DNA from: Octopus sinensis
Taxonomy: Eukaryota
NCBI RefSeq assembly: GCF_006345805.1
Contig: NC_043014.1
Coordinates: 21,700,001 to 21,764,000, forward strand
Reading direction: 5' to 3'
Length of the DNA: 64,000 nucleotides
Each line of letters starts with the position of its first letter. Within the stretch, counting starts at the first letter, position 1. Below are positions 12,371 through 24,992 of this stretch, in pieces. Made by a program: the position numbers and the translations under genes. The notes beneath the pieces were generated by a model that was not told the origin of the DNA, made no database searches, and saw only the letters and a list, made by a program, of their open reading frames with translations.

Positions 12371-13944
12371 TATATATACACATACACACACACACACACA
12401 TACACACACATCATCATCATCACATATCCACATTTTCATGCTGGCATGGGTAAGATGAAACTTTTTGAAGCAGATTTTCTACATCAAGATGCTCTTCCTG
12501 TCATCAACCCTCACTTGTTTATCAGGTAATGTATTGTTTTTTTCATTGCATGGGACATTTGTTTATTGGGGAATATAAACAATGTCACCGTGTTTGACTG
12601 AGTCATTATTAAGGAGGACACACAGAGTCAACACTCATATACTTAAGTTCTTGTGCACATACATAACAGTACAGTTTCTACCTACCATTTCTACTCAGGT
12701 GACATTGGTTGGCCTTGGGCCATAGTACAAGAGACCCAAGATGTCCCACTGCAACCAAACCAAAAACTACAAGCTTACAAAGTTTATTTTGCAACCATAT
12801 GCACGATCACATACACAAATTTATATTCACATGCATATTTTGTATACTATAATACACCTATGTACGTGTGGGGTTAGTCATGTAGCTTATAACGTTATTC
12901 TCCATCTTCATCCCCGATCATCAGTATTGAACAAACCAAAGGCAGCAAGCTGGCAGAATCATTAGCATGTCAGGCTAAATGCTTGATGGCATTTCAACCA
13001 TCTTCACGTTCTGAGTTCAAATGTCACCAAAGTCAACTTTGCCTTTTATCCTTTCGTGATCAATAAAATGAGTACCATTTGAGTACCAAGGTCAATGTAA
13101 TTGATTTATCCCCACCACCACCACCACCAAATCACTGGCCTAGTGCCAAAATTAGAAACCAATATTGAACAAACCACTATGACACTATTTCTACACCATG
13201 ATACTTTTACTAAAGCACCACAACACTTCTGCCACCACAGCATCCCTAGTATATACATCAAGGGAATTTCATTGATGTTCTAGAAATAGCTAAATTTCTC
13301 TCAAACTGTACCCTGCTATCTTGAAAAAGGTTTGACAGAAACACATACATACATTTGATTAGGTAGCCTTTGATATACAATGCAAGAAGCAAAAATGGGA
13401 TGGTTATGGCTGGAATACCTTTGATCATAGGTGTACACAATTAGAGCAAACCTGAAAATAAACCACAATCATTAAACCATACAACACTTATTTATTCTGC
13501 TTTTCATCTGTTTCTCATGTCCCAGACTGCCATATCCTATCTCCTAACATAAAGAACAATCAGACTTACATTACTTACACCATATCACCATTTCATTTTT
13601 ATGTTTGGACATTGCTCGTGTCCACCTGTTCCCTCATGTGATTGCATATCATCCATTTCTTTCTTATTCTGTGCTCACCATACTGCTTGACTCCCTTTCC
13701 CTGCTCCCTTTCTATTTCAGTACCCTTCTTAACTTACTATACTATCATTACTCTTCAGCTGCTCAAATCTTTCTCTGCTATTTCTCACCTCACCATTGAG
13801 GTGTCACATTTTTGCTATGTCTTGGATTTACTTGCTATAGGCTGGATACAGCTCATTAGCCCACAGCTGGAGGAAAGGGGATCATCTCACATCTATTGAG
13901 TAGTCCCTAAACCATATACCCTGTTACTGTGTAATCTACACTGT

Positions 13945-14091
<147 letters not shown>

Positions 14092-15879
14092 GTTTGTATA
14101 TGTGTATATTATTATATATGGGTATGAACATGCATCCTGTCCATACCAGATGCCGTTATACTGTTATTGCATAACTCTTTTGCTTTATACCAAAGATAGA
14201 ATGAAACCTAAAACTTCAGTATATTAAAGTTTTGTGAAGAATTCATGGTATATTCCCTCCATAAGACTATACTATTCAATCCTCACACACACACACACAC
14301 ATATATATATAATGCAAATAAGAAAATGTAGAGGATAATCAATTGACAAACATCATTGGAATTGACATTTTTCCCATCCCTTACTATTTCTATTATTTTA
14401 TTATTTTACCTTACTTCCTCACATGTTAGATTCCTAACATTATGGTCTCTGATGAAGCTTTGGGGCTCAATTATTGTCCAATGTTTGTTCAACCTTTGTA
14501 CAATCCCTGTATATTACTGGTATGATGTAGAAACCTTGGCAAATTGGACAACACCCAAAGTAGAAACAGCTGTAAGAGTTTAGTATTTTTTCACTCATTC
14601 TTATTCATTGATTTATTTTTATCTATTTATTTACTTGTTTAATTGTTTATTTTGATTACTTATGCATATGATTGTAATTAATTAATTAATAAATAGATCC
14701 AAATGAATGTAAATGAATGTTTACAGGCTGAAGTTTGTCGATTGATTATCCTCTCCATTTTCTTATTTGCCTTATAAATTCTGGGTAAATTTCTGCTTTA
14801 CCCCCACTCATACCTATTATTCAATTGCAATACTGCCCTGCAACAGTAAGCACTTGGATATAAATACATAGGTATACATCCAGTAGTATATTGGATATTT
14901 ATCATCCCTTAGATTGTTGCTTAACCTCTAACTCATATAGATGTGTGTATATATATAAAACCATATTTTAATGGTGATTGCTCTTACATCTATTTTGCAA
15001 CATGCTAAATAGATGTAAGAGTAAGCATTTTTTGTTCGGCTTTGAGTTGTTATTTTTAATAGGAAAAAAGGTTAATGGAAATAGGTAAAAAACAATGTGC
15101 CTGGAACTTGTTTTTACATTATTTATGGTGTTTTACTGAGAATTTGTGATATATTCTCCCATACCATACAAGATTCATTCCACACACAAAGATTATGTAT
15201 AGTTTTCTGATAAATGCACGCATGTACTCTCACACACACACACACACACACACACAATTTCCAGGATTGAAGAGAACCAGGTATTTAGGTAATGAAAGCA
15301 CCAAGGTAAGGTGAGTGATAGTGTGACTGTGTACAAACAATATATACCCAACTGGTCTGTAGAGGAAATCCATCCACAAATATTTATGATCCTTAAGATA
15401 CTAACACTAATTTGAAGCTTCCACAGGGGCCATGATATTGATAAACTTTATCTCAATAGAAAAGAGGGAAGAAATTTAGTATCAGTGAAGACAACCTCTG
15501 AGTATCTTGTGGTATATCTCAGACAGAATTACTAAAACAAAGAGAGTGAAAATGACTATATCAAGTGTTCAAACCTTGTATACTACAAAAAGTTTATATA
15601 TTGGTTTCCTGTAAGTTTGAGGTTGATGTCAATATTAAGTATAACTTCTCTTGGACTCATAACCATTACATCATTTTGCACTTTAAAAGTTATGCTTTTG
15701 CAATCTAGGGGCAGGACAGTCATGAACCACCTAATGAACAAAAAACATCATAAGCACCTTAAACTTTAAGATGTAACTGAAAATGTCAATTATATGATAT
15801 TTTGGGGGGGAAGGTGTTACATAGTACCCGCCAAAAAATGTCAAGTTACTACTTCCCATTGTGATATTGATAGGAAGGA

Positions 15880-16280
15880 TTGCCCTGGACTAAATATAGA
15901 ATACTAGTGGTACATTCGTATCAAAATTTCTACCAAGTGTTAACATAAGAGGCATGATATAATTGTTTGACAGAAAAATAAAATTATGGCCAGTCATAGG
16001 AGCCAGCCACCTTACAGATGTGAACACTTCTTCCAAAATCAATGAGAAAAAGAATATTAGTGAACAACTGTCTCAAAACCTTCAGTTTCACTATCCTAAT
16101 TATAAATTCATTTTTATACCAATAATTATTGGTGCACTTGGCTATGTTAGTAAATGTATAAACAATAAGATTGAAAAGCTAGGACTTTCAGGCAAAGAAA
16201 ATTACCAGCTAACAAACACTTCACAAATACAACCTTTAAGCAGAACTAAAAATATGCAAGACAACATGTAACTCTTTCTT
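15880..16280 (+). mobile_element. Decayed relic of an RLE-type non-LTR retrotransposon (R4/Dong/NeSL-like C-terminal endonuclease)
   Basis: KRHDIIxFDRK...DV...K...L...YPNYKFIFIPIIIGALG resembles the RPD(x)nD...K...IPIVIGALG restriction-like endonuclease motif. Confidence 0.65.
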
Positions 16281-16498
16281 TCTGTTTTTGTTATCCAAAT
16301 TCCAGGAGTGAAACTTTCACTATGTTCTCTTGTTAGAAATCAGCACATTTCTTATAGGAACAATTCAAATAATTAAATTAAAAAAAGGAGAGAAACAGAC
16401 AAATACACACACAGGCACATACATGTACAAAAGACATGCATACGCACATGTTAAGCTTACATACACTTATCTACATGAACAAATTACAAAGAGAGAGG

Positions 16499-16537
<39 letters not shown>

Positions 16538-16603
16538 TGAAAACGGTAAAATAACAAAAGAAAGAAAGAGACCTCAATATTATGTAAATAGAGGAAATTT
16601 ATC

Positions 16604-16741
16604 TATAAAATAATATGTTACATTACTCAATAGTCAAGATAAAACTCTGAGTTTCAGATGCCGAAGAGATGGTGTTGTGGATTTCCACTTCGGCATCTGA
16701 AACTCAGAGTTTTATCTTGACTATTGAGTAATGTAACATAT

Positions 16742-16750
<9 letters not shown>
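16604..16750. repeat. Perfect inverted repeat, 63-nt arms, 21-nt loop, flanked by (TA)n
   Basis: 16604-16666 is the exact reverse complement of 16688-16750. Confidence 0.95.
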
Positions 16751-16792
<42 letters not shown>

Positions 16793-16916
16793 TTCTATAA
16801 GCCCTGGGCAGTACCATTACACACACAAACACACGTGTGTGTGCATGTGTTAAAACCATTGATATCAGTGTATACAGGCACAAACTAAACTTCTTCCTTT
16901 AACCTGTCTTTTGCAG

Positions 16917-16988
16917 AAAGACAATGCAGTGTCACTACAGGAGTCCAGTGTGTTTCTGTGTGAGAAACTGGAGGAGAATGTGGCTGCT
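16917..16988 (+). CDS. STARD9: STARD9-like exon (coiled coil 1)
   Basis: KDNAVSLQESSVFLCEKLEENVAA; ttttgcag| and |gtaagt; phase 0/0. Confidence 0.8.
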
Positions 16989-17179
16989 GTAAGTATATTT
17001 TAATATGTTTGAACCAATCGAGACAAAGAGGCAGGTTATATCATATTAGTGTCTGTATATGCATGTGTGTATGGGTTGTATTCTTAAATGTAGACATAGG
17101 TATGCATTTGTTGAATAGATGTGGACATATAAGTAATTGTGTATGTGTATGTCTGACAATAAATATTTCTATATTCCAG

Positions 17180-17239
17180 GCCAAACAACTGACCAGACAT
17201 TGGATTGAGAAGTGGCAAGAAACACAAGATATTTTAACA
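17180..17239 (+). CDS. STARD9: STARD9-like exon
   Basis: AKQLTRHWIEKWQETQDILT matches the kinesin-3 L-T--W--KW-ET--IL motif; ttccag| and |gtcagt. Confidence 0.9.
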
Positions 17240-18212
17240 GTCAGTATTACTATATCTCTCTCTTTCTCCCTCTCTGTTGACCACCACTGGCTACTCTCTA
17301 TTTTCACCACTGTACACCATTTCCACGACCACCACCACAATATATTCTTGTATATGCTTCTGCTGCCACAACACAGCAGTCTTCTGTTGTTGAAATATAT
17401 CACTGTTCATAGTACAGCCTCACACCACACTTGTACCACAGCCATATCCCACCATTCATATCACTGCTATATATCATCATCATTATTTAACATCCATTTT
17501 CCATGCTGGCAAGTTTTGATGAGTGATATTATTTTGTGCCTGTGTTATTTTTGTCATTTTGTGAACAGACAGCTATTACATAGAAAATGCCAGTTTCCAA
17601 TTCCTGTTTTCTGATTGGACTTAAAATTATCAAACGTTGAACCTCTGTAAAAATTTTTCTAAAATTTTATGGGAATAAATGAATCTAAAAATTGAATTCA
17701 GCAAGAAAAAGAATTATCAATCAACATACCAAATTTGAAAATCTTCACTTAATTTTAAAATTCCTAAATCTGTGACAGTAACTGAAAAGATTTTTAAAAT
17801 AAAATACATTGGGAAATCTAGTCCTTGGTATACATAGAAATAAGTGGGTTGGTCACAGCTGGAATGCCTTTAATCCTTTGGCATTAAAACTGGCCATATC
17901 TGGCCCAAATATTCTACCTGTTTTTTGTTCAAACCAGCCAGATCCAGCTTTTCACACCCACTCTACAATATCATTCTAAAAGTAAATAATAACATTATTA
18001 AAACCCTAAAGCCACAAAATGATACCTGATTAATTCAAAATGTGAATAAATAAGCATTACATTGACAAAGTAATTGAGGGCTGGCCTGTGGTTAAACAGC
18101 ATAAACAATATTCATGCATCCCCTAATCAATCTCTGTAACTGTTATCATTTGAATGTGTCTAACTCTTGTATCAAATGTTACCTATATCATTCTAAGTAT
18201 CATCAATTTCAG

Positions 18213-18350
18213 GAATCTGATCTAAGCATTCGTCGACCTCTGGGTAAGAGATCAAGTTCAATGGGGGTCATAGTTGACTCCCAGCAACCTCATCTTCGTG
18301 GAATGGATGATGACATATTGAATACTGGAATAGTTCTTTATTACTTGAAG
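18213..18350 (+). CDS. STARD9: STARD9-like exon (pre-FHA region)
   Basis: ...MGVIVDSQQPHLRGMDDDILNTGIVLYYLK, resembling the KIF16-family GVVxDSxxPHLxxxxDDxLSTGxxLYHLK motif; tttcag| and |gtttgt. Confidence 0.93.
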
Positions 18351-18937
18351 GTTTGTAATAATTTTTTTCATTTTTCACTTTTGAGACTGGGTTTAACTTA
18401 GAGCTCTTCCTATGATGTCCTCACTGCACACCAGGATCCTGCTCCTGGGACTACTTTCTATCCTGGCAGATTTATCATCATCATCATTTAACATCTGTTT
18501 TCCATGTTGGTTGGCTTCGATGGTTTAACAGGATCCAGTAAGCTGCAAGGCCATGTTTGGCTCCAATGTCATTTTTGGCATGGTTTCTACAGCTGGATGT
18601 CCTTCCTAACAGCAACCACTTTACAGACTGTACTGGGTGATTTTTTTCATGTCACATATTAGCATAAATGCATATAGAGCATCCTATTTCTTGCAATATG
18701 TCTTATGTAGCTAGACTATACATGTGTGTCAATGTAGGCATGTTTATTTGCACATGCTTGAGTGTATACATATGTATGTGTTAGTCTGAGCTAGGAGAAG
18801 ATATTGCCTTGCTTAAAAACAGGTGAGATTTGGAGAGAGGAAAAACATCTGACTGTAGAATTGGCTTCAAAGATTCCTATCTGACCCATGCAAGCATGGA
18901 AATGTAGATGTTTAAACAATGATGTTTATACATTCTC

Positions 18938-19007
<70 letters not shown>

Positions 19008-19288
19008 TAAACAAACATACATACAAACGTACACACACACATAAATATGTATATACACATGCACACAAACAAACAGACAAAACAAATGCAGCTCTGATAA
19101 CGAACAGTCAACAACTATTGAAAAGGTTGTAAGACAATGAAAATTTTAGAAAAATAAATAAGTAAATGAGGGGAAATAAGTAAATGGTGTGTTAAATAAT
19201 AGGGCGCTAAAATAGAATGACTCTCCCTAGACACAATAGTATATGTGAATGTGTCTGTGTGTGTATATATATATATATATACATAACG

Positions 19289-21390
19289 GTAAAGGTGACG
19301 CTTTAGATACAAATAATTACAGAGGTATCAAGCTGTTGGATCATTAATGAAGGTTACGGAGAGGGTCATAGCCCAACTGACTAGGGAGAGAGTCAGCTTG
19401 GATGAGATGCAGTTTGGTTTTGTGCCAGGGAAAAGCACCACTGATGCCATAATTCTGGTAAGACAGCTGCAGGAGAAATACATAGCCAAAGATAGACCCC
19501 TGTACTTCACTTTCGTTGACATGGAGAAAGCCTTTGACAGGGTCCCTTGATCCCTTATCTGGTGGTCAATGAGGAAACTAGGGATAGATGAATGGTTAGT
19601 GAGAGCTGTGCAAGCCATGTACAGGGACGCTGTAAGTAAGGTGAGGGTTGGCAGCAAGTACACTGAAGAATTCAGGGTAGACGTAGGGGTCCACCAAGGT
19701 TCAGTCCTCAGCCCCCTCCTATTTATCATAGTCCTCCAGGCAATAACGGGGGAATTCAAGACAGGATGCCCCTGGGAGCTCCTCTATGCTGATGACCTTG
19801 CTCTAATTGCTGAGTCACTATCAGAACTAGAGGCGAAGTTTCAAGTGTGGAAACAAGATTAGAATCGAAGGGCCTTAGAATCAACCTAGCTAAAACCAAA
19901 GTCCTAATATGTAGGAAGGCAGGCAAACCACAAATCCCTTCAGGTAGATGGCCCTGCTCAATCTGTAGTAGATGTACCCAGTGTAAGCTATGGACACATA
20001 AGCGGTGCAGTAATATCAAAGGGAGGCTAACTGGGAAGATAGTTTTTGTATGTGGCAGATGCTCAGGAGTAATAAACACTGAAAATGTGCAGAGACCAAC
20101 TAATGCCACATTCCAGGGAGAAAAACTAGAAGTAGTTGATAGCTTCCATTACCTAGGGGACCAAGTCAGTAGCGGAGGTGGGTGTGTTGAAAGTGTAACT
20201 GCTAGAATAAGAATAGCTTGGGCAAAGTTCAGAGAGCTCTTACCTCTGCTGGCGACAAAGGGCCTCTCGCTCAGAGTAAAAGGTAAACTGTATGATGCTT
20301 GTGTATGAACAGCCATGCTACATGGCAGTGAAACATGGGCTGTGACTGCTGAGGACATGCGTAAGCTTTCAAGGAATGAAGCCAGTGTGATCTGATGGAT
20401 GTGTAATGTCAGTGTGCATACTTGACAGAGTGTAAGTACCTTGAGAGAAATGTTGAACCTTAGAAGCATTAGATGTGGTGTGCAAGAGAGACGATTGCGT
20501 TGGTATGGTCATGTGGCAAGAATGGACGAGGACAGCTGTGTGAAAAAGTGCCACACCCTAGCAGTTGAGGGAACCTGTGGAAGAAGTAGACCCAGGAAGA
20601 CCTGGGATGAGGTGGTGAAGCACGACCTTCTAACTTTAGGCCTCACCAAGGAAATGACTAGTGACCGAGACCTTTGGAAATATGCTGTGCATGAGAAGAC
20701 CCGGCAGGCCAAATGAAACCATAATCTCATGGCCTATGCCATGGACGTAACCAGCCCACTTATACATACCTTTTCCTTCTTTGGACACTAAAACTCTGCT
20801 TGCAAAGACCTGTTGAGGCAAGTGAAATCAATCAAAATCAAAATCAAATTCGATGACTGGCGTCTATACTGGCAGGGTGCAAAGAGCACCATACAAGCGT
20901 GATCATTGACAGTGCAGCTAACCGGCTTCTGTGCCAGTGGCACTTAAAGGGCACCATTCAAGCGTGATCGTTACCAGCATCGCCTTACTGGCACTTGTGC
21001 CCGTGCTAGTAGGGTGCCAAGAGCACCATCCGAGCGTGATCATTGCCAGAGCAGCCAATTGGCTTCTGTGCCAGTGGCATATAAAAGGGCATCATTTGAG
21101 CGTGATTGTTACCAAAGTCACCTTACTGGCACCTGTGCTGGTGGCATGTGTAAAAGGATTTGAGCGAGGTCGTTGCCAGTACCGCCTGACTGGCCCCTAT
21201 GCTGGTGGCACATAAAAAGAACCCACTACTCTCTGAGTTGTTGGCATTAGGAAGGGCATCCAGCTGTAGAAACTCTGCCAAATCAAGATTGGAGCCTGGT
21301 GTAGCCATCTGGTTTGCCAGCCCTTAGTCAAAATCGTCCAACCCATGCTAGCATGGAAAGCGGACGTTAAACGATGATGATGATGATGAT
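19289..21390 (+). mobile_element. 5'-truncated, decayed RTE-clade LINE (RT, PHD-like finger, 3'UTR repeats, (GAT)n tail) inside a (TA)n tract
   Basis: QFGFVPGKST, FVDMEKAFDRVP, YADD and RLRWYGHV motifs broken by stops and frameshifts; closely similar to the 32.7-35.5 kb copy. Confidence 0.93.
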
Positions 21391-21914
21391 ATATATATAT
21401 ATATATGTACATATATATATATATAAGAATTTAAAATGACAAGGGAATAAATTATGTCATGGACTTCATTAGCTTACGGCTGTTTCGTCTGAATTGCTCT
21501 GATGAAACTATAGGGTGATATACAAGTATTCAGCTATGAGTGCATTGCATCTTATAGCAGAAACAGCTGTAAGCTAATGAAGTTCATAGCACATGTGTCT
21601 TTACATATCCTTATAAATTGATCATAGGATATGGCAATGATGAAATTATCTTTTTTTTCTCTTTTTTTTTGTTTCAGTCATTTGACTGTGGCCATGCTGG
21701 AGCATTGCCTTGAAGGATTTTAGTCAAACAAATCAACCCCAGGACTTATTTTTTTAAACCCTGTACTTACTCTATTGGTGACTTTTACTGAACTGCTAAG
21801 TTACAGGGACATAGACACACCAATACCAGTTGTCAAGCAGTGGTGGGGGACAAACACAGACACAAAAATACACACACATAGATACATGCATATATACATA
21901 CATAAATACATACA

Positions 21915-22246
21915 TACATGATGGCCGTCCACTCGTGGCCAAGGAAGACCATTGCTGACTTTAGGAACATTGGACTAACTTACATTTTGCATTTGCAGCT
22001 CCGTTGGTAGCTAATGGACCCTGCCCTTGACAAGCATACATGACTGCAAACATTGCAAACCAAGCTTTCCCCATTTACTAGACCAGCAGTGTGCTTTCGA
22101 GCAGCATGCTTAAGTTCCTCATGCTGAATACATGCTCTCTCAAAGATGTTGACCCCTTCTTTAACCTGCTTCTTCCATCTGTGGCAATGACAGGCATTGC
22201 TCTCCCAGTCAGTCTCCTGCACATCACAGGCCTTAAATCATACATA
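21915..22246 (-). mobile_element. 3' fragment of a second (BovB-type) RTE LINE nested in a SINE
   Basis: Minus ORF ...DWESNACHCHRWKKQVKEGVNIFE...LVCNVCSHVCLSRAGSISYQRSC, an RTE C-terminal CxxC...HxxxC-like finger (H replaced by Y). SINE sequence resumes on both sides. Confidence 0.8.
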
Positions 22247-22955
22247 TATAACTGGCTTCTTTCAGTTTCCATCTACCAAATCTACTCACAAGGCTTCAAG
22301 TCAGCCTTAGGTTATAGTAGACACTTGCCCAAGGTGCCAAGCAGTGGAATTGAACCCGGAGCCATGTGGTTGGGAAGCCAACTTCTTACCATGCATCCAT
22401 GCTTGTGCCTATAAAGAAAACCTTTCATCTTTTCTGGGTGACACTCATTTAGCCTCCCAGAATGTTTATCTACTGATATGAAGTATCTTCTACTTTAACC
22501 TCACTCTGACATATATCTCATGAGGAAAATTTACTATGGAAACTCATCGTGTGCATGTGTGTGAGACAGACAGACAGTGTTTGTTTCGGTGTTGTTTCAT
22601 ATTAGACTCTCAGTGAGTGTGGTGACGTTTGTTTGCATCCCTTGCAAAACATTACCTTGTCCCATTACTCAGCAGTTTGATGTGCAAAGAAGATCAGTGA
22701 AATAACAATTATCTCACATGTTTAAACAACTACAGGTTGGCACCAGCAAGGTCTTATGGCCATTAAAGTTTCCTGTTACCTATAGCAGTATGAAAGTAGC
22801 ATCACATGTAAGAACGATGTTGATGATGATATCTTTACAAACTATCTGGGTATATTGATAAATAAATGAGAGTTAGGAGTTAGATAAACAGCAGTTAAAG
22901 TATGTGTGTGAGAGAATTGCTGTTAGATTTGTAAAGCTAGAACACACTCTCTCTC

Positions 22956-22989
<34 letters not shown>

Positions 22990-22990
22990 A

Positions 22991-23038
<48 letters not shown>

Positions 23039-23287
23039 GCTGCTTAGTTGTAAGAGTTGACAGTTTTAACTCACAATGTCTTCATAATCTCCATTCACAA
23101 GGCCAGAAGGAAATTAAGATATTATCGACAAGAATATGTTACAAGCTAATCCAAAGATCCAGTTCTTGACAACAGAACAATATTGTATAAAATGGATGGG
23201 ATTTTCTTTTTATGTTGACATTACTATTGTTGTGGTCGTCATTGTCATCATGATGCTGATTGTTTTTTATCTGTTTTTGTTCACCAG

Positions 23288-23339
23288 GAGGGGAAAACGT
23301 TAATAGGAAGTGACCTGGCTGATAGAGAACAGGACATTG
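23288..23339 (+). CDS. STARD9: STARD9-like exon: start of FHA domain
   Basis: EGKTLIGSDLADREQDI(g); tcaccag| and |gtaagt; phase 0/1. Confidence 0.92.
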
Positions 23340-24553
23340 GTAAGTTATGGTGGTGTTGTGTTTAGTGATGAGGTATGGGGTACTGTGTATAACAGTGTGC
23401 TATGATGGTGAGTATTGATGTGTATAGTGTTGGTGTGGTATATATGTATTGTAAGCTGTGATGTGTGTTGGTGTATAGTAGTTGTGGGGTATGTATAATA
23501 ATGTGGTAATGTGTACAATGTTGTTGGCGGTGGTTGTGGTTCTGCTGCTGCTATATTTGGCTAAAAGATTAAACAGATTTAATCTAAAGCAGCCATTGTA
23601 CAAAAGAAAAATATAAAACCACAATTTATTATAAAATACCCTCATAACTAGTAAACAAAACATTATTATTGTAACTGACAGAATTTATTAGCACATCAGT
23701 CCAAATTCCTTATTGTTCAGTTACATTTTCTAAGTTCAACTTCCACTCTGGTTTACTTTTCTATTCATCTTTCTAGAGTTTGTAAATTAAATACCGGTCA
23801 AATACTGAAACTGTTTAAACCAACTACAGCCACCTTCCTTCAAAATTTTCCTCCTATGGTAAAAATCATTGTTATTTTATTAAAAGGACTGACAGAATCA
23901 GTGCAGTGTTGGGTAAAAACTTTGCAATACTAGTTATGTCCCTTTATGTTCTGAGTTCAACTCCTGCCAAGGCTGGTTTTGACTTGCATACTTTCTAAAT
24001 GAATTTAATAAAGTACTAGGCTCAATTTCACCATTATTGTTATCATTCCTTGTCTTTTTGTAAGTGATTCTGTGTAAACCCTCATCATTTTATTTTCTTA
24101 TTTTTTCTCTGCTTTTGTCAATTCCCATGACACTCTGTCACCATTCAATTCTATTAGTATGAATTTGAATTTGGAGCTTGAGTTAGCTGATTACACAACC
24201 ATGGATGCCACCCCTGTAGATGCATTGTGGTTACTCTCTCTTGATAGAGCTTGGTGATCCTGGCTGTTGATTGTCTAGGATTCTCCCACTCAGCATCAAT
24301 GTAAGAAGCACCATTGGCTCAGTTGATCTCTTCCGCTACCTCTTCACAATCCACCATGCTGTAGTCCTATGATTTTGCCATATCCCTGGCAGGGTGGCTG
24401 AACAGATGCTACACCCTGCCAAAGGGCAGGGTATGGTCGTTACTCTATGAGCTATTTTCAAAATAACCACATACCCATACCACTTTATTTGTTCTTATTA
24501 TTCCCTTCATCTGTTGTCTTTGTGGTAAATAAAATTGTTATTGTTGTTTTCAG

Positions 24554-24691
24554 TTCTAACTGGCCAAGATATACAACCAGAACACTGCTTTATCCAGTTT
24601 GTTGATGGCACAGTTATCCTTTACCCACGTCACAATGCTCCGTGTGCCATAAATGGTGTTGAAGTAACACAACCCACAAAGTTAACTCAAG
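24554..24691 (+). CDS. STARD9: STARD9-like exon: FHA domain core
   Basis: (V)LTGQDIQPEHCFIQFVDGTVILYPRHNAPCAINGVEVTQPTKLTQ(g), typical kinesin-3 FHA; ttttcag| and |gtaatt. Confidence 0.94.
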
Positions 24692-24909
24692 GTAATTTAG
24701 CTTTATTTTTTTTCCTCTCTTTTTTATCATCAGTTTGTTTAAAAACATCTCACTGTGCAATAAATATTGATGATGGCTGTGATGATGATTGCTGATAACA
24801 ATGTTGTCTATATCTATCTGTATCTCTCTGCATAAATGTCTGTCTCATCACATGTCTATCAATTTTTGTTTACCTAACTCTCTATGTCTGTCTTTTATAT
24901 CTATTTCAG

Positions 24910-24992
24910 GAGACACAGTCAGGTTTGGTGATAGTCTTCAGTTTCGCTTCAACAACCCTGCAGAAGCTGCCAAACTGAGAGAATTTATCAAG
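24910..24992 (+). CDS. STARD9: STARD9-like exon: end of FHA domain
   Basis: (G)DTVRFGDSLQFRFNNPAEAAKLREFIK with the FRFNxPxEA motif; tttcag| and |gtattg. Confidence 0.94.

Larger units (their letters stand above)
9080..13160 (+). mobile_element. Cluster of about ten tRNA-derived SINE family A copies with (ATT)n tails
   Basis: Recurrent GGCA(A/G)GCTGGCAGAATCGTTAGC...GTTCTGAGTTCAAAT (pol III A/B boxes)...AAGTACCAG...GGGGTCGATGTAATCGACT...GGCCTTGTG. Further + copies near 23.9, 29.1, 35.7, 35.9, 49.3 and 51.2 kb. Confidence 0.88.

Noticed and set aside
14980-15022. Small 16-bp hairpin as a miRNA precursor
   Set aside because: The stem is too short for a canonical pre-miRNA and there is no expression evidence.
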